Source: Monocercomonoides exilis PA203 (taxonomy: Eukaryota; Protista; Preaxostyla). Taken from it: 64,000 bases of DNA. The position numbers and the translations under genes are program-made. The notes beneath the pieces were generated by a model. It made no database searches. It had not been told where the DNA came from and was given only the letters and a program-made list of their open reading frames with translations. The stretch is taken from NCBI GenBank assembly GCA_001643675.2, contig LSRY02000025.1, positions 992,001 through 1,056,000 on the forward strand. The letters run 5' to 3'. Shown piece after piece: positions 24,832 to 37,308 of this stretch (its first letter is position 1; the number at the start of each line of letters is the position of its first letter).

Positions 24832-25577
24832 AACAATCCTCTCAGTCGTTCTTTCTCCTCTTCCATGAGGTGCGTTCTCTCCAATTCCTTCGCCGTGAGG
24901 GCTGCGATCGCTTTTGCTGCTTCAAAGCCCGATTCCAGAGCCGGCTGGAGAAGTTCAATTGCTCGGCTAGCTTCAGGCGAGTCTCTTCTCCCCTTCGTTG
25001 AAATAGCTGTCCTTGCTAGCGCGTTCCAGCTTGTGTCTGTGTGTCCCGTGAAAAATACCTTCTCGCTTTCCGGAATAAACGTATTCAGTATGTCCTCATT
25101 CATTCTTAACGAGCCAGCTTTGCAAAACTCAATGAACTTCCTCAACTCGCTCGCTTGTCTCCGGGGAGTCAGCCACTCCCTGGGAAAAATTCTTGTAAAG
25201 TCTTCTGTTCCTTCTTTATCTTCCAGCGCTCCCAGTACCTCCGAATCCCAGTCGCTATCCTCTTCATATTCCCGTCTCCTGGTGCGACTAACTGAACGAC
25301 GCGATCTCTCATGCTTTCCCTGTTTCCGCTTCGCGATCAGATCACCAGAATCTACATCAGATTCCGACTCGCTTGATCTCGATCTGCTTCTTCTCCTAGC
25401 TCGTTCCCTCTTCACTTTCCTCGTTGGCAAAAACTCCGTAGCTCCCTACTGCCTTGCAATTGTCTGGCTTCTAGAAATTTCTTCGATCATGTCTTCTACC
25501 CTTGAAAGCCTGTGCATAACATCAAAACTTCTGTCTTCGCCGTCGCTATTGGGTACTCTAACAGTATCTTGTGTCAT
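24336..25577 (-). CDS. DIRS gag-like ORF with one in-frame TAG at 25446-25448
   Basis: ATG at 25577 is in frame with the tracked ORF 24336-25430: MTQDTVRVPN...IARQ*GATEFLPTRK. First ORF of the element, Arg/Ser-rich. Confidence 0.7.
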
Positions 25578-25799
25578 TTTAAAATGCGGACAATGGTGTG
25601 TAAAAGAGTTAAATTGTTGGCGAAGTTTGATCTAAAACCACCCATTATTTATAAATACTCATTATCGAAGGAGCAAACCTGCTCCTTGCGTTTGCAGATT
25701 CGCTCCATTGCGAATCTATTGTCTGGTTTTTCTTAAATTTTTGCCAGTTCATATTGATTTTGTTGATAAAGCAAATGATTCAACGTATCCTTTATTTGA

Positions 25800-27200
25800 T
25801 CCTCTAATTCATCAAGCGATTTTTTGTTGTTATTTTATTTTCAGAATGTCCGTCCAAATTTTTCTTAATTGCTTGCGGCTGAGAAAATGAAGAAGATGTA
25901 TCGATGGATGATGATTGCTCTTTTATGGAAGACTCGTAATTTCTTTCTTGTTGATTTTCATTTTTTCGCGTTTCCTTTTTCGGAGAAAATTCTCCAAAAA
26001 GTTTTCTTTCCATTGAGAAGTTGAAACACACGATGAAGATACTGTGTTGCTATCTGTTTGGGGAGATCCTGTTATCCTTTCCAACACATAAGCTGCCATT
26101 ACAGGCCAAATACCTGTTTTGATGAAGGAGGATCGAATAGTTGATAGAGCTGATGCAGCTGCAACTGCATCGGGAAGTGCTTCTGCTAATGAAGACATGA
26201 ATTGGCTCATAGAAAACGGGTTAGGTGGACAAAACTTGTTGTAAAGAGTTTTTTTCAACTGAGAAAACACATACGAATCGCATGGTTGAAGAAGATGCGT
26301 CATGTTTGGAGGGAAGAATTTTGGAAGAATTCCTTTTTCTTCTGCAATGTTTGATACGTCCTCATCGAAATGTGTTCGGTGGTTGTCCATTAGCAGAAGA
26401 GCTTTGTGTGTTGGAGATGGTTTTGATTAATTGATGATAATAGGAAACCAGTTATTCAACATGATAGCTATAAATATATCTTTTGTGATCCATCCAGAAG
26501 ATGCTGAAATGAAGTGGATGTTAAAATAGGAAAGAGAAGAAAATTCTGAAGGAAGATCTTTCGAAGGCCAAAGAATATATCTGGGTAATGATGAACCGTC
26601 ATCACAAATACACATGCATAAAGTTGAATTAGTTTCTTTTGGAGGTGACGGAGGAGCAGGTGGATTTTGTCCTTTGAGGCAAACAACAAGATTTGAAGTT
26701 GTTTCACCTATTGACAAAGATGATTCATCAAAATTGTAAATATCAGAAGAACTGATATTATACTCCGAAATGAGAGATGATAATTCAGTGAACCTAGCTC
26801 TCACTTTGTCGGGTGATTGTGATTCAATTTTCTTTATTTCAATTTGTCGGGAAACAGCCGCATGAAGGACGCTACAACTTTTAACCAGTTTATGGGCATT
26901 CTTTTTGTTGATTTTTTTCGGCTCCTGATCAGCATCTGAACTTTTTTCAAGCAAATCAACACACTAAAATGTGATAATAGATTCGAAAAGAAACTACAAA
27001 ACAATCACATGCCATAGATTGAATATCTCTGACACAAACAGAAGCTTACTCCGACAAAAGAGCCAACACTTGATTCTCATTTGTTTCCAGCTAATTATCT
27101 GCTATTATTAATGGATGATCATTATGTCCGATTTCACTTCCTTCCTTTTCTGTCTTTTTTGCTCGAAACCAAGCACCTTTTGATATAACTTATTCTTCAA
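25800..27200 (-). pseudogene. Decayed pogo/Tc5-type (DDE_1) DNA transposase
   Basis: IYNFDES, TLCMCICDDG..LP, SSGWIT..IF, LLLMDNHRTH, FPPNMTHLLQPCDSYVFSQLK. ORFs 26427-26954 and 25923-26390 share a frame and are split by one TAA; both ends are frameshifted. Confidence 0.88.
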
Positions 27201-27535
27201 CTGCAGTTTGCTATTAAACATGAAAATTTTGTTTTATAGCAAATATTTTTTTACTCAGGTGACTCAAAAGCTCAATATTTGCTTGCTGCAAGTTCTCTAT
27301 GCAACTGTAAAGGAGTTAATTCCATGCTTTTTATTATTCAATATGGATTTGATCAACAAGAAATATAAGTTTTTAAGATGCAAGGAAAGTCAAAAAAATG
27401 ATAATGTTTCGGATTAACGTTCTTGATAACGAATTGAAAACACACAAAAACGTGTAAACACTTTTTTTGCTTTGTATTTTGAAATATGAAACTTTCATAA
27501 GATTTTGATTTTCAGTTAATGAATCGTTTTTAACA

Positions 27536-27796
27536 TGGGTGATTATTTTTGTAATCATATTTTTTCTTTCAAAAATTTCGGAGCAATAATATTTCAAGAA
27601 TACAAATAAAAAAAAAATTGAAAAGTGAAAAGGCTTATTGGATACATTTTAATCTTTGATTCGGAAAAACGATTTGATTTAAAAAAACAATTGTCATGCT
27701 TTTTCTCCTTCGAATAAAGATTTTCTTTCAAAAAACAAACATTCTTTGAAAAATCAATACTCCGAAAAAAGATATGATTTCAAAAATAATCACCCA
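27536..27796. mobile_element. ~260-bp MITE with TIR TGGGTGATTATTTTTG(A/T)AATCATAT, copy 1
   Basis: Terminal inverted repeats, TA at the right flank, homologous interior at 52611-52866. Confidence 0.75.
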
Positions 27797-28099
27797 TATC
27801 ATAGAAAAATTCATGAGCTATCATTTTCTTTTCACCAGAAGTTTAATTTTTTCAAAAAGCATAACGTCAGCTCAAATAAAAATAATTCTTCAAAATTTCT
27901 TCATCCAATTTCTCCTTTTCATCAAATGCAAATTCCACTTGTTTCCTAAAGGAATCACTATTTCTTCTCTTCAAAATGCATTTCTTCAAGCATATCAATA
28001 AGCTCTTCAAAAATATCCATTTCTTTTATCACTCCCATTTCTCCTTTTTTGAGCGCTGCAGACGCACTTATTTCATAGAATTATCCTTCGATTATTGAT

Positions 28100-30428
28100 C
28101 TTCCTGAAACAACCGCTTTCTCTCTTTGTTTCATCTTCTGCGATATATTGAAGGCGCATGTAATAATGCAACCTCTCGAAGATCATCCACATAATCGTTC
28201 GTTCCAAATAACGTTTTCTGCCCTGCTCCTTTTGTTTTCTGTGAATTCTTTCAATCTCAAAATGAATTATGCAGAGGCAACCTTCATGGATTGTGCACCT
28301 GATGATCGGCTTTTCTTGGTTTGATATTGAATCACTTCCGTTGACATATAATTTCAGCTGATATTCTGCGATAGAATAAATAATCCTTTTGTGCTTCCGA
28401 AAAGAAAATAAAAGATGACGCTTGGCCCTGAATTCGATGAGAATTTGAATGAAATGGAAATGACAATATTTTTGTTGTTCGTTGAAGAAGGTTGATGAAA
28501 AATAAGGAGTTGAAGGAGAAAATGAAGACAATACAAAAGGATATAAAGGATGAAGTTGCGATTGATCAAAATCATGTGGTATATAAATATTATCATTAAT
28601 CTGGTTGCTCCTTCGTCTTTGTATTAATCTGGCTCTTCTGTCTGTTCGACTGTTCATCAAGCACAATGAAGCACTATCTCCCTGACTGCATATGGCAAAT
28701 GTATTACTTTGATTCAATCTCTGCTGTTCTTGTTCCATTGTCTTTCCAGTTTAATCATCACTTTCATCATCTATTTCCATATAGCTTGAATCTTCATCAA
28801 ATTCGATATCAGCACCGTCATCTTCATTATCACTTTTATTTTTGTATGACAAATTCATTTCGCTCATCAGGCGCATCCACCACACAAGTGAATACGGATC
28901 AGAAAGAGACGAAGGAAAGCGTCTGTGAAGAGGTAGAAACATGTGCGGAACAAGCGGTAACTGTGACGCCTTTGCAATTCGATTGAAGTCCCAAGGAGAA
29001 GAAGAGGTGGAAGACTGTGATAAATCAAGCAATGAATAAGAACAAGGTGATTTTGATGTCTCAGCCAACGAAGGTGATAAAGGCGAAGATGAATTAGTTT
29101 GAGAAGAGGGACGTATAAATGAAGAACTTGAATCGCCAAGCAGTCGAGAAATACGAAACTTTGGTGAAGAAAATGAAGTTTGACGGAAAATAGGGTGAAC
29201 TTGTTGAATTTCAAATGAACACGAAGAAGTTTTGTCTATCTATTCTTCATTCTTTTTCGTTTGAATTCTATCTTTCATTTTTGAATCAGAATCAGACTCA
29301 TTCTCCGAATCATGCCTTTTGCTGTTCTCTTTTTCATTGCGTTTTCTTTTTTCAATCTTTTCCTTCAGATTTTTGCTCAAAGAAAATTGAGTAAGTTCTA
29401 TTTCTTTCCTTTTCAGCTTTTCCATCAAAACAGTTCTGGCAACTGCTTCCTTTTGCTTCAATTGTCCGAAATACGTTGGATTCTTCTGCTTTAATTCTGC
29501 CCTCCGCTGCTTCATAGCTGTTGACACAATAAACATCAGCTCATTTTCTTCTTCGCGTAGAAAAGACATTCCGTCTGCTTCTTCAAAACGGCGGCATCGA
29601 AGTAATTTTGGATAATTGTTTGAATACGAAGAAGAAGAAGAAGAAGAAGATGATGATGATGGGGCGAGAGAATCCAAATGTGGTAGAGTTGAAGTTATCG
29701 CAGAGTCATTTTCTTGTCTCAGTCTTCTTTCTCTTCTCCACAACGCACAAGCACATCCAATCCTCTTCGGGAGCACTTCTTTTCTCTTCATCTTTTCTGT
29801 CGTGTCTGCCATCTCCACATTCTCATTTGCCATCGACGGAGCAGCCAGTGCTCGTGTAACAACACCACTATCACATAAAGATGTGTGTGTTTGTGTCTCC
29901 ACTCCCTGAAGAAGGAAGCGCAGAGCGGGGTCTTCGAGCGAAGGAGCAGACAGATCTCCGCATAGAATGATTGGATGGATGCGCTGGGCAATCGGCTGTG
30001 TGGATGCAGAGTTGAGTACACGATCGCCTAATATCTTTTGTGGAAATTGCCTCTCTGTCTCGTTTATTGTCACTTTTCTGTTGATACCCCGTGTGAGCTG
30101 CATAAGCTGCATGAGGCGAATGGAGCTGGCTGCTAAAGGAGAGATTGAAGAAGGAGAAAACGAAGAGGATGTTGACGAATATGGCTGTTGCTGTGTTTGA
30201 GAAACAGATTGGTTTGGCAGGTCAAACAAAAGAGCATTCACAACGAATATCTTTTTTGAGGGAACGAAATGTCGCGTTGATGAAACAGCCTGCGATTGTT
30301 GAGAAATAATGATTGTTTGTGTCCGAGTGAGTGGAAGACACCTTCTGAACATCACACGAGACGATGAAGAGGAAGAGTGAATTGGGCAAATATTCTTTTG
30401 ATGATGTCTGCCTGTTAAATCTTTGTGA

Positions 30429-30459
<31 letters not shown>

Positions 30460-31200
30460 GATGACGTTTTTGAATATTATCATCAGGAAAGTGTGAAGAC
30501 GAAGATTGCATTTCTACCAATTGACCATCTTCTTCTTTTTTCGTTTCATCATCTTGTCTATCTTCTTTTGTTCTCTCTGTTAATTCATCACTTTCTTTCT
30601 CCTTCTCTTCTTCCTCCTCTTCATCATCACTGTAACTTTCAGACTCAAACACTTCCTCGTTCTCCTTTGCACAGCCTCTCTCATCTCATTCCACGCATCC
30701 TGGTCAGCATCTTCATACACAAGCCCCTCTTTTATCAGTTCACCCAGCCACATTTCTCTTCGCAGGCGCTGCGGTTTCGGTGACAGCATTGAAGCAGCTT
30801 TCTTTTTCTTTGCGACTGCTTGCTGTTGAGAGGGAACAGGATACACAGGAAACGAATGCCTTGAACTGGAACGCGGAAGCAACGCATCTGAAATCAATGG
30901 ACTCTTTTGAACAATAGCAGTTTCATTCACATTTTCAATAGGAAGATTTCCTGTTTGCTCTTTTGGTGAAACCTCTTTTCTGTTTGTTTCTGTCTTTTGT
31001 GCTTGTTCTTTCACCTGGTTGATTGCATCCAAAGGATCAAAAGCGATTTGCTCAGACGAAGAAAGGTGCAATTTGTTTGGAGTTGAAAAACTTTTCCCTC
31101 CTTCCAGGGCAAGCGGTCAAATAGCAGGAGGAGTTGAAGCAGAAGAAGCAGAGGTTAAAACAGGAGATGAAGATGATGACGAAGAAGACGAAGAAGAAGA
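28100..31200 (-). pseudogene. Decayed or spliced CCR4/Angel-like exonuclease-endonuclease-phosphatase (EEP) gene
   Basis: KIFVVNALLFD...IRLMQLMQL...PIILCGDLS...ALRFLLQG in ORF 29240-30652, plus a downstream KDYLFY segment near 28370-28390. Catalytic motifs are degenerate (GDxN reads GDLS). Confidence 0.45.
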
Positions 31201-31399
31201 AGTTTGCTGAGTTGCGGATTTTTCATTTTCCTTTGTTCGAATAGGAATATACAGAGATTTAATAGCAGGAGAAGAAGCACCCGAACTTGGCGAAGAGGTT
31301 GAAAGAGCTGGTGATTCTGAGTCGATTTTGTGATCCTTTTTGAGATGAGCATCCAAAGTCTTCAGGGCCAACAGAAGAAAGTGAGTTCTTTCTTCTGTT

Positions 31400-32890
31400 G
31401 TGAGAAATGAAGAAAGATACCAACTTTGAGAACGACAGCGAAGAAAACAGCTTCGACAACGCATCTCTTCTCCCGGGCACACTGCTCTGACTGAATGTTC
31501 TTTTCCCATTCTCCTTCTGAAACAGCAGAGGCGATCCTTTCCCTGTTCCTTTCCTTCCCTTTCTGTGTGTCACTTCTGCTTCCTCTTTGTGTGTCCACCA
31601 GCCCCTCCACTTCATCCCCCTTCCTCTTCTCAACTCCGCCCGGCTCTGCCTCAGCCCACTCTTCAGCGCACTCATCAGATCCAACCGCGTTCTTGTCTGC
31701 CTCGCGTCGACTGCTGCATAAACAGGCATCTTCCTCATCTTCCACACAAATTGCCCATTTTCCTTGCTTTTGATACGCACATAGTAGCAGGACACATCCT
31801 GTTCATCGCTCAAATCTTCCAGGTCAGAATTAGCGAGGTCATTCAGCATGCAGTCCAATTTTCGCTCTCTTGTCAAAATTGGCGTTTGGCTTTCTTTCGC
31901 CTCTTGTTGCGCCTCGCTGGGCATTTTGTTCTCCTTCTGGTTTGTCTCTAGATATTGTTGTAATATTCCTTGTATGCTGTTAAACAGATTCTTGTCTTTT
32001 TCTTCTTTCTCCATTTTTCTGCGCTCTCGCTTTTCTTTTTGATTCATCTTCTTCTGTATTTCCTGTTGTTTCATCAGCCTAAGCAGGTTTTCTGTTAGAT
32101 CATCAGATTCCAAAGAACTATCCATGATCTTCGCTTCTTCATCGTCCCCTTTCCCTTTCTCGTTCTGAAACTCATCTTGTATCGCTCTTGTCACTTCTTT
32201 GTTCAAATCTTTCATCCCCATCACACCCAATGTCACCACTTCTCCTCCTCCAACAGCAGGTGACAGCTGAGTCGTAGGTGCGCCAACAGATCATCTCCCC
32301 ATCTCCATCTCTTGGCTGTATTCAATCAACACCCTCCCTCTGACTCCTCTCCATCCACCGTCCATTCACTTCACTCGCGTAAAGCGTATCGTTCCAAAGG
32401 CATCTCTTGCTGAAGTATATTGTTTAGGCTGTGGAGAGAGTGAAGGTGAAGATGGGAGAGAGGGAGTTGTTATTGCTGCTTTTGCGATGAAAAAGGCTCT
32501 ATTTTTGGCTCATTATTATTCGTTTAGCCTTTTTTGTTGTTTTGAACAGACTCTTTTGCGTTTGCATTCTTATCTGATTCTGTTTGATTAACTTTCTTTT
32601 GAAGCATTTCAACACTTTCTTGAACTTCGTTGTTTTCGTTTTCTTTCTTTTTCATCGAAGCACTTTGTTTTGTTTCAGTGTCATTCGCATCATCATCATA
32701 TGCTCCTTCCTTTTCACTCACATCGCTCTCCAAACTATCAGTTGATTCGTCATCTGATAGAATTCCTCCAACATACACTCTATTCTAAAAGCTCATCAGC
32801 TAAAGAATATTTTCATCGTCTGCATTGTCCTCTTCATACAGCCATCCATCCCCTGAGCTTATGTTCCGTCAGTCTTCATCATCGAATTCT
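31400..32890 (-). repeat. Second copy of the 11230-12900 segment
   Basis: Collinear high similarity with indels. Confidence 0.85.
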
Positions 32891-33064
32891 TCTCAACTTC
32901 TTCGGAACACTGTCAGAATCTTTCTTAGCTTCTTTCACTCCCTGCTCATCTTCATCTCTCTTGTTTTGCCTGTAGAGCTTATCCAATACTTCATAAAGTT
33001 CTTTTCTTAACTTTCCAATCATTTACATGGTGCTTTTGTTTTGAAACATTTCACATTTCCGACA

Positions 33065-33705
33065 CACTTCCTAATGAAGTGAAATATTGATAATTTGATA
33101 ATAATTTCAAATCACACATAAACAGCAATACAATAATTGATTTTTGAGTATTTTGCAAATTGATAATAAAAACATACTTTGTCAAAAATGAACAAGAATT
33201 AATATAGTCACATTGAATAGTCTTTCTGTTTGTTTCATCAAAAATTGTCTATGTGCCAAACAAAATTACCAGTTTCTAAATAAATAGGTCAAAATTCTTA
33301 TATTAATGAAAAATAACAACGATTTGTAACAAACCTTTTATACAGCTTTGTCATTACAAGTCAGACGTCCTCACATATTAAATATATAGAATGACTGAAA
33401 AAAAATAAGAAAAATCTTCGAAGACAGTGCGTGGGAAACAATTCATTTCACACAACACTTCATCCCAAATAAAAAATATGTTAAAAAACAAATTATTACC
33501 AACTTTTTCCACTAACAGATTTTCAAAAAAAGCATCAGACATGTTTATTATTGTTATTTATTCACATTGAGCAAAATAGATCATGGTATTCTTAATGGCG
33601 CCATTAATAATAATTTGTATTTTTTATGATCAAAAATTTCAAAAATTTTTCAAAATTTTTTATTTTTGTTTCATTTAATTTGTGAATATTATTGCTTTAT
33701 TAATG
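33065..33705. repeat. Long inverted repeat L (reverse complement of R 36733-37308 and R' ~45678-46320)
   Basis: Near-identical reverse complement containing the palindromic core ttaatggcgccattaa. Weaker similarity to R' continues outward to ~32930/46450. Confidence 0.92.
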
Positions 33706-34065
33706 TTAAAAAAGTCATATGAATGTTGTTAATTAATTATTAAAACTTTTTTTTAATGTGATATCAAAATTAATATAAATAATATTTGTTAGAAATTTAA
33801 ATATTTTTTTTTTTGAAGTATTTGAAATTTTTTTTTTAATTATCAAATAATGAGAAAGCAATATGAGTTGTTAATTATTTTTTCCGCAATGAAAAAAAAT
33901 TTAGAAATTTTCATTAAACTTTGAATATTTTTTTTATTGTATCTTATTTTATATTTGTTCAAAAATAGATAAACATTATTTATTTTTTTATGTTCAATTT
34001 TTTATTGGTCAGAAATTTAACATATTTAGTTGAATTTGATTTTTATTATTTTTTTTTATTGTTTT

Positions 34066-36583
34066 ATGAGTTCCATTTCTCATAAAAAAATTCCCATATA
34101 TTGCAATTTCATTGACTGGATCGGTTTATCGACAATGTTGTCAGCTAAAAGGGTTCATAATGGATTGGAATTTAGAAGCCTGCAGAAGGATATGGTCCAA
34201 CTCACAAATTTTTTTCAAAAAATGTCACTCTCTCACGCAGAAATGGTTTCATTTATGTTTTTCCAACAAACACAAGTAGGAAGGCAACTTTTCGAAAGTT
34301 TATTAAAATCATTTAATGGCGTGTCTTTCTTAAACAATGTTTTATTTATGTAATTTTTCTTTATTCAATGTTTTTTTAAATATTCTTTTTTTATTTATAA
34401 ATATTTATTATTATTATTTTTTTATTTTGCAATATGAAGATCCACTGAAACGAACCATAAAAGAGCTGAGTCATGTTTTCAATAGCCTCTCCTATGAATT
34501 ACAAAGTGAAATGCTGTTGATTCTGACAAAAGAATTCTCTCAGCAGACACTAAGCCAAGAGTTTGGGTTTGTAATAAAACCAGCGCCTTTTCGAGCATCC
34601 TTTTTCGATCAAAAGAAAGAAATTTCAACAGAAAGAACACCGCCAATGAAAAGGAAACAACGTCCTTCTTAACGTGATTCTTCAAAATCATATTTTGGAT
34701 ATCTTGGAGCCGAAAATGAAAAAATTGAAACAATAGAAATGGATATGGAAGATTCAGAAGATTGCATTTCACTCAATTACACTCCGAAATCATCTTCATT
34801 ATCACCATCAACTTCAACATTATCATCATTCTCATCTTCCTCAATCAACCCTCTCTCCTTTCCATCTCCTTTTATGTTTTCTGCTTTTCCTCCATCAGAA
34901 AAATCAATTCCATCATCTTCTTCACCTTTCCCATCATTCTCATCTCCTTCCTCCTCCTCATTCCCATCGACTTCATTTTCTTCCTCATCCTTCCCTTCTG
35001 CTTCAAATTTATCCTCTTTCCATCCTTTGAATATGGCTTCTCCATCTTCATTTAAATCTTCTTCCTCTCCATCATTTCCATCTTCTTCTTTCCCACTAAC
35101 TCTTTCGAATATTCATCCTTCAACAGTTTCATCCGCATCCTCATCTGCTTCCTTTCCTGCTTCCCCCTCTTCCTCATCCTCTTTGTCTTCTTCTCTTTCT
35201 CCTTTTCCTTCCCCTTCCACTTCTCCTTCTCCTCCATCTTACTCCTCTCCTTCCTCTCTCTCATCCTCCTCTTCCTCTTCCTCTCCTTTATTTTCATCCT
35301 CTCCTACTCCTTCTCCTCCATCTCACTCCTCTCCTTCCTCTTCCTCCTCCTCCTCTTCTTCTTGTTCTTCTTGTTCTTGTTCTTCTTCCTCCTCCTCCCC
35401 TTCCTCTCCCTCTTTAACTTTGTCAACTTCATCACCCTTAGAGTCAGAGTTAGCAACACTCTTTCACAGCAAAAAGAAAATATCTTCAAATGAAGATGAC
35501 GATATGGAATCCAATTCAAAAAACCCTTCAAGAACTGACACAGTTTATCTGATGTTTGCACCAATTGAGAGATTTATCGACTGTTTATCAATGCATGTGA
35601 TGGATGGTGATGTGGGTTCAAGATCTTGTGTTTACAAATACAAAATTTCGAAAAGAGGATTGAGGAATCTGGGAAAGACTTGTTCATTCAGTTCATTATG
35701 TCAATGTTTTGCATCTCTGGATTTGGGAAGGAGCTTTTCGAGCAAAAGAAACTTGACAGATCGACAATCGCTTCAATTGGTTCTGCAATGTTTGAGTGGG
35801 TGTGATTTTCAGAAATTCTTTTGGGGAACGAAGAGAATGATTCAGATGTATGAGAATAATTTTGGACCATTGATGGAACCTAAAGGTTCTCTTTCAACAT
35901 ATGAAAAATTTCTGGAGTTATTGTCGGAGGAGGATGATGGTGTTATTAAAAAGTTTCAACTTCATAGTCACAAGTTTATGAAATGTCAGTCATGTAATCA
36001 ATTGACTTCAAAGCCAAGGGGAATCACGTTGGAGGTGCCAATATCAAACGCTGATATTGTTGAAGGTTTAAATTCTTATTTTTCTGTCGTGAAAGAGGAG
36101 GAGGATCAAATGAAACAGGTGTGTGGAAAATGTTTAGCTGGAAGAATTGAATTGAAATGGATCAGGCTTGATGCTTTTCCCTGTGTTTTGTGTGTGTTTC
36201 ATAACAATCTGACACCTTCATCAGTCAATCCCCCTCCAACTCAACTGTTTGTTGCTGAAAAAGGAAATGGCCCTTTTGATATCTGCTTTTTTGATCCTTT
36301 GAAAGCAAAAACTTCCCTGAAATTCTTCTCTGACAATAATATGATTGCAGCAAAATATCAGCTTTGTGGAACTGTGATTCATTCAACATCAAAATTCAAA
36401 GATGGACATTTCATTGCAGTTGTGAAGGATAAAAAGCATTTGATTGAAGAGAAAAGCATTTTCTTTGAATGCGACGATGAGGTTGTTTCACTGCTAGCAT
36501 TTGATAAATGGAATCAGTATTGGAAAAATTTATCATTGGAAGGATGGAAGTCAGGATTAACATTTTATCAACTTATTGAATAA
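34066..36583 (+). CDS. Transposase-N-terminus / Ser-rich linker / USP (peptidase C19) protein lacking the transposase core; probable intron ~34350-34435; in-frame TAA at 34670-34672
   Basis: Cys box RGLRNLGKTCSFSSLCQCF, CxxC pairs, His box YQLCGTVIH...DGHFIAVV, FFECDDE. N-terminal segments LLKSFNG and IKELSHVF...LSQEFGFVI align with LLKSLNG and LKDLSVVY...LLDYGFDI of the 40828 gene. Confidence 0.75.
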
Positions 36584-36671
36584 ATATTTATTTTTTTTGT
36601 ATTTTTTTTTCATTTTTAATTAACATTTTTAATAAAAAAAATACCAATAAAATATTTCTTTGAATAAAATT

Positions 36672-37308
36672 AATTTTTTCACCTTTAATCAAACAATAAA
36701 AAAATCAAAACCAATTTCTGATGAAATGTTTGCATTAATAAAGCAATAATATTCACAAATTAAATGAAACAAAAATAAAAAATTTTGAAAAATTTTTGAA
36801 ATTTTTGATCATAAAAAATACAAATTATTATTAATGGCGCCATTAAGAATACCATGATCTATTTTGCTCAATGTGAATAAATAACAATAATAAACATGTC
36901 TGATGCTTTTTTTGAAAATCTGTTAGTGGAAAAAGTTGGTAATAATTTGTTTTTTAACATATTTTTTATTTGGGATGAAGTGTTGTGTGAAATGAATTGT
37001 TTCCCACGCACTGTCTTCGAAGATTTTTCTTATTTTTTTTCAGTCATTCTATATATTTAATATGTGAGGACGTCTGACTTGTAATGACAAAGCTGTATAA
37101 AAGGTTTGTTACAAATCGTTGTTATTTTTCATTAATATAAGAATTTTGACCTATTTATTTAGAAACTGGTAATTTTGTTTGGCACATAGACAATTTTTGA
37201 TGAAACAAACAGAAAGACTATTCAATGTGACTATATTAATTCTTGTTCATTTTTGACAAAGTATGTTTTTATTATCAATTTGCAAAATACTCAAAAATCA
37301 ATTATTGT
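36672..37308. repeat. Long repeat R (inverted relative to L; direct copy of R')
   Basis: Same sequence as ~45620-46253; similarity stops abruptly at 37308. Confidence 0.92.

Larger units (their letters stand above)
19652..25715 (-). mobile_element. DIRS-type tyrosine-recombinase retrotransposon, full length (~6.06 kb)
   Basis: gag + RT/RNase H/MT + YR ORFs, imperfect inverted terminal repeats, and an internal complementary region matching both termini. Sharp GC increase over the flanks. Confidence 0.95.

Noticed and set aside
20483-25635. Plus-strand ORFs across the DIRS element (e.g. 22664-23338, 24865-25635)
   Set aside because: Antisense shadows of purine-rich minus-strand coding sequence; no recognisable motifs.
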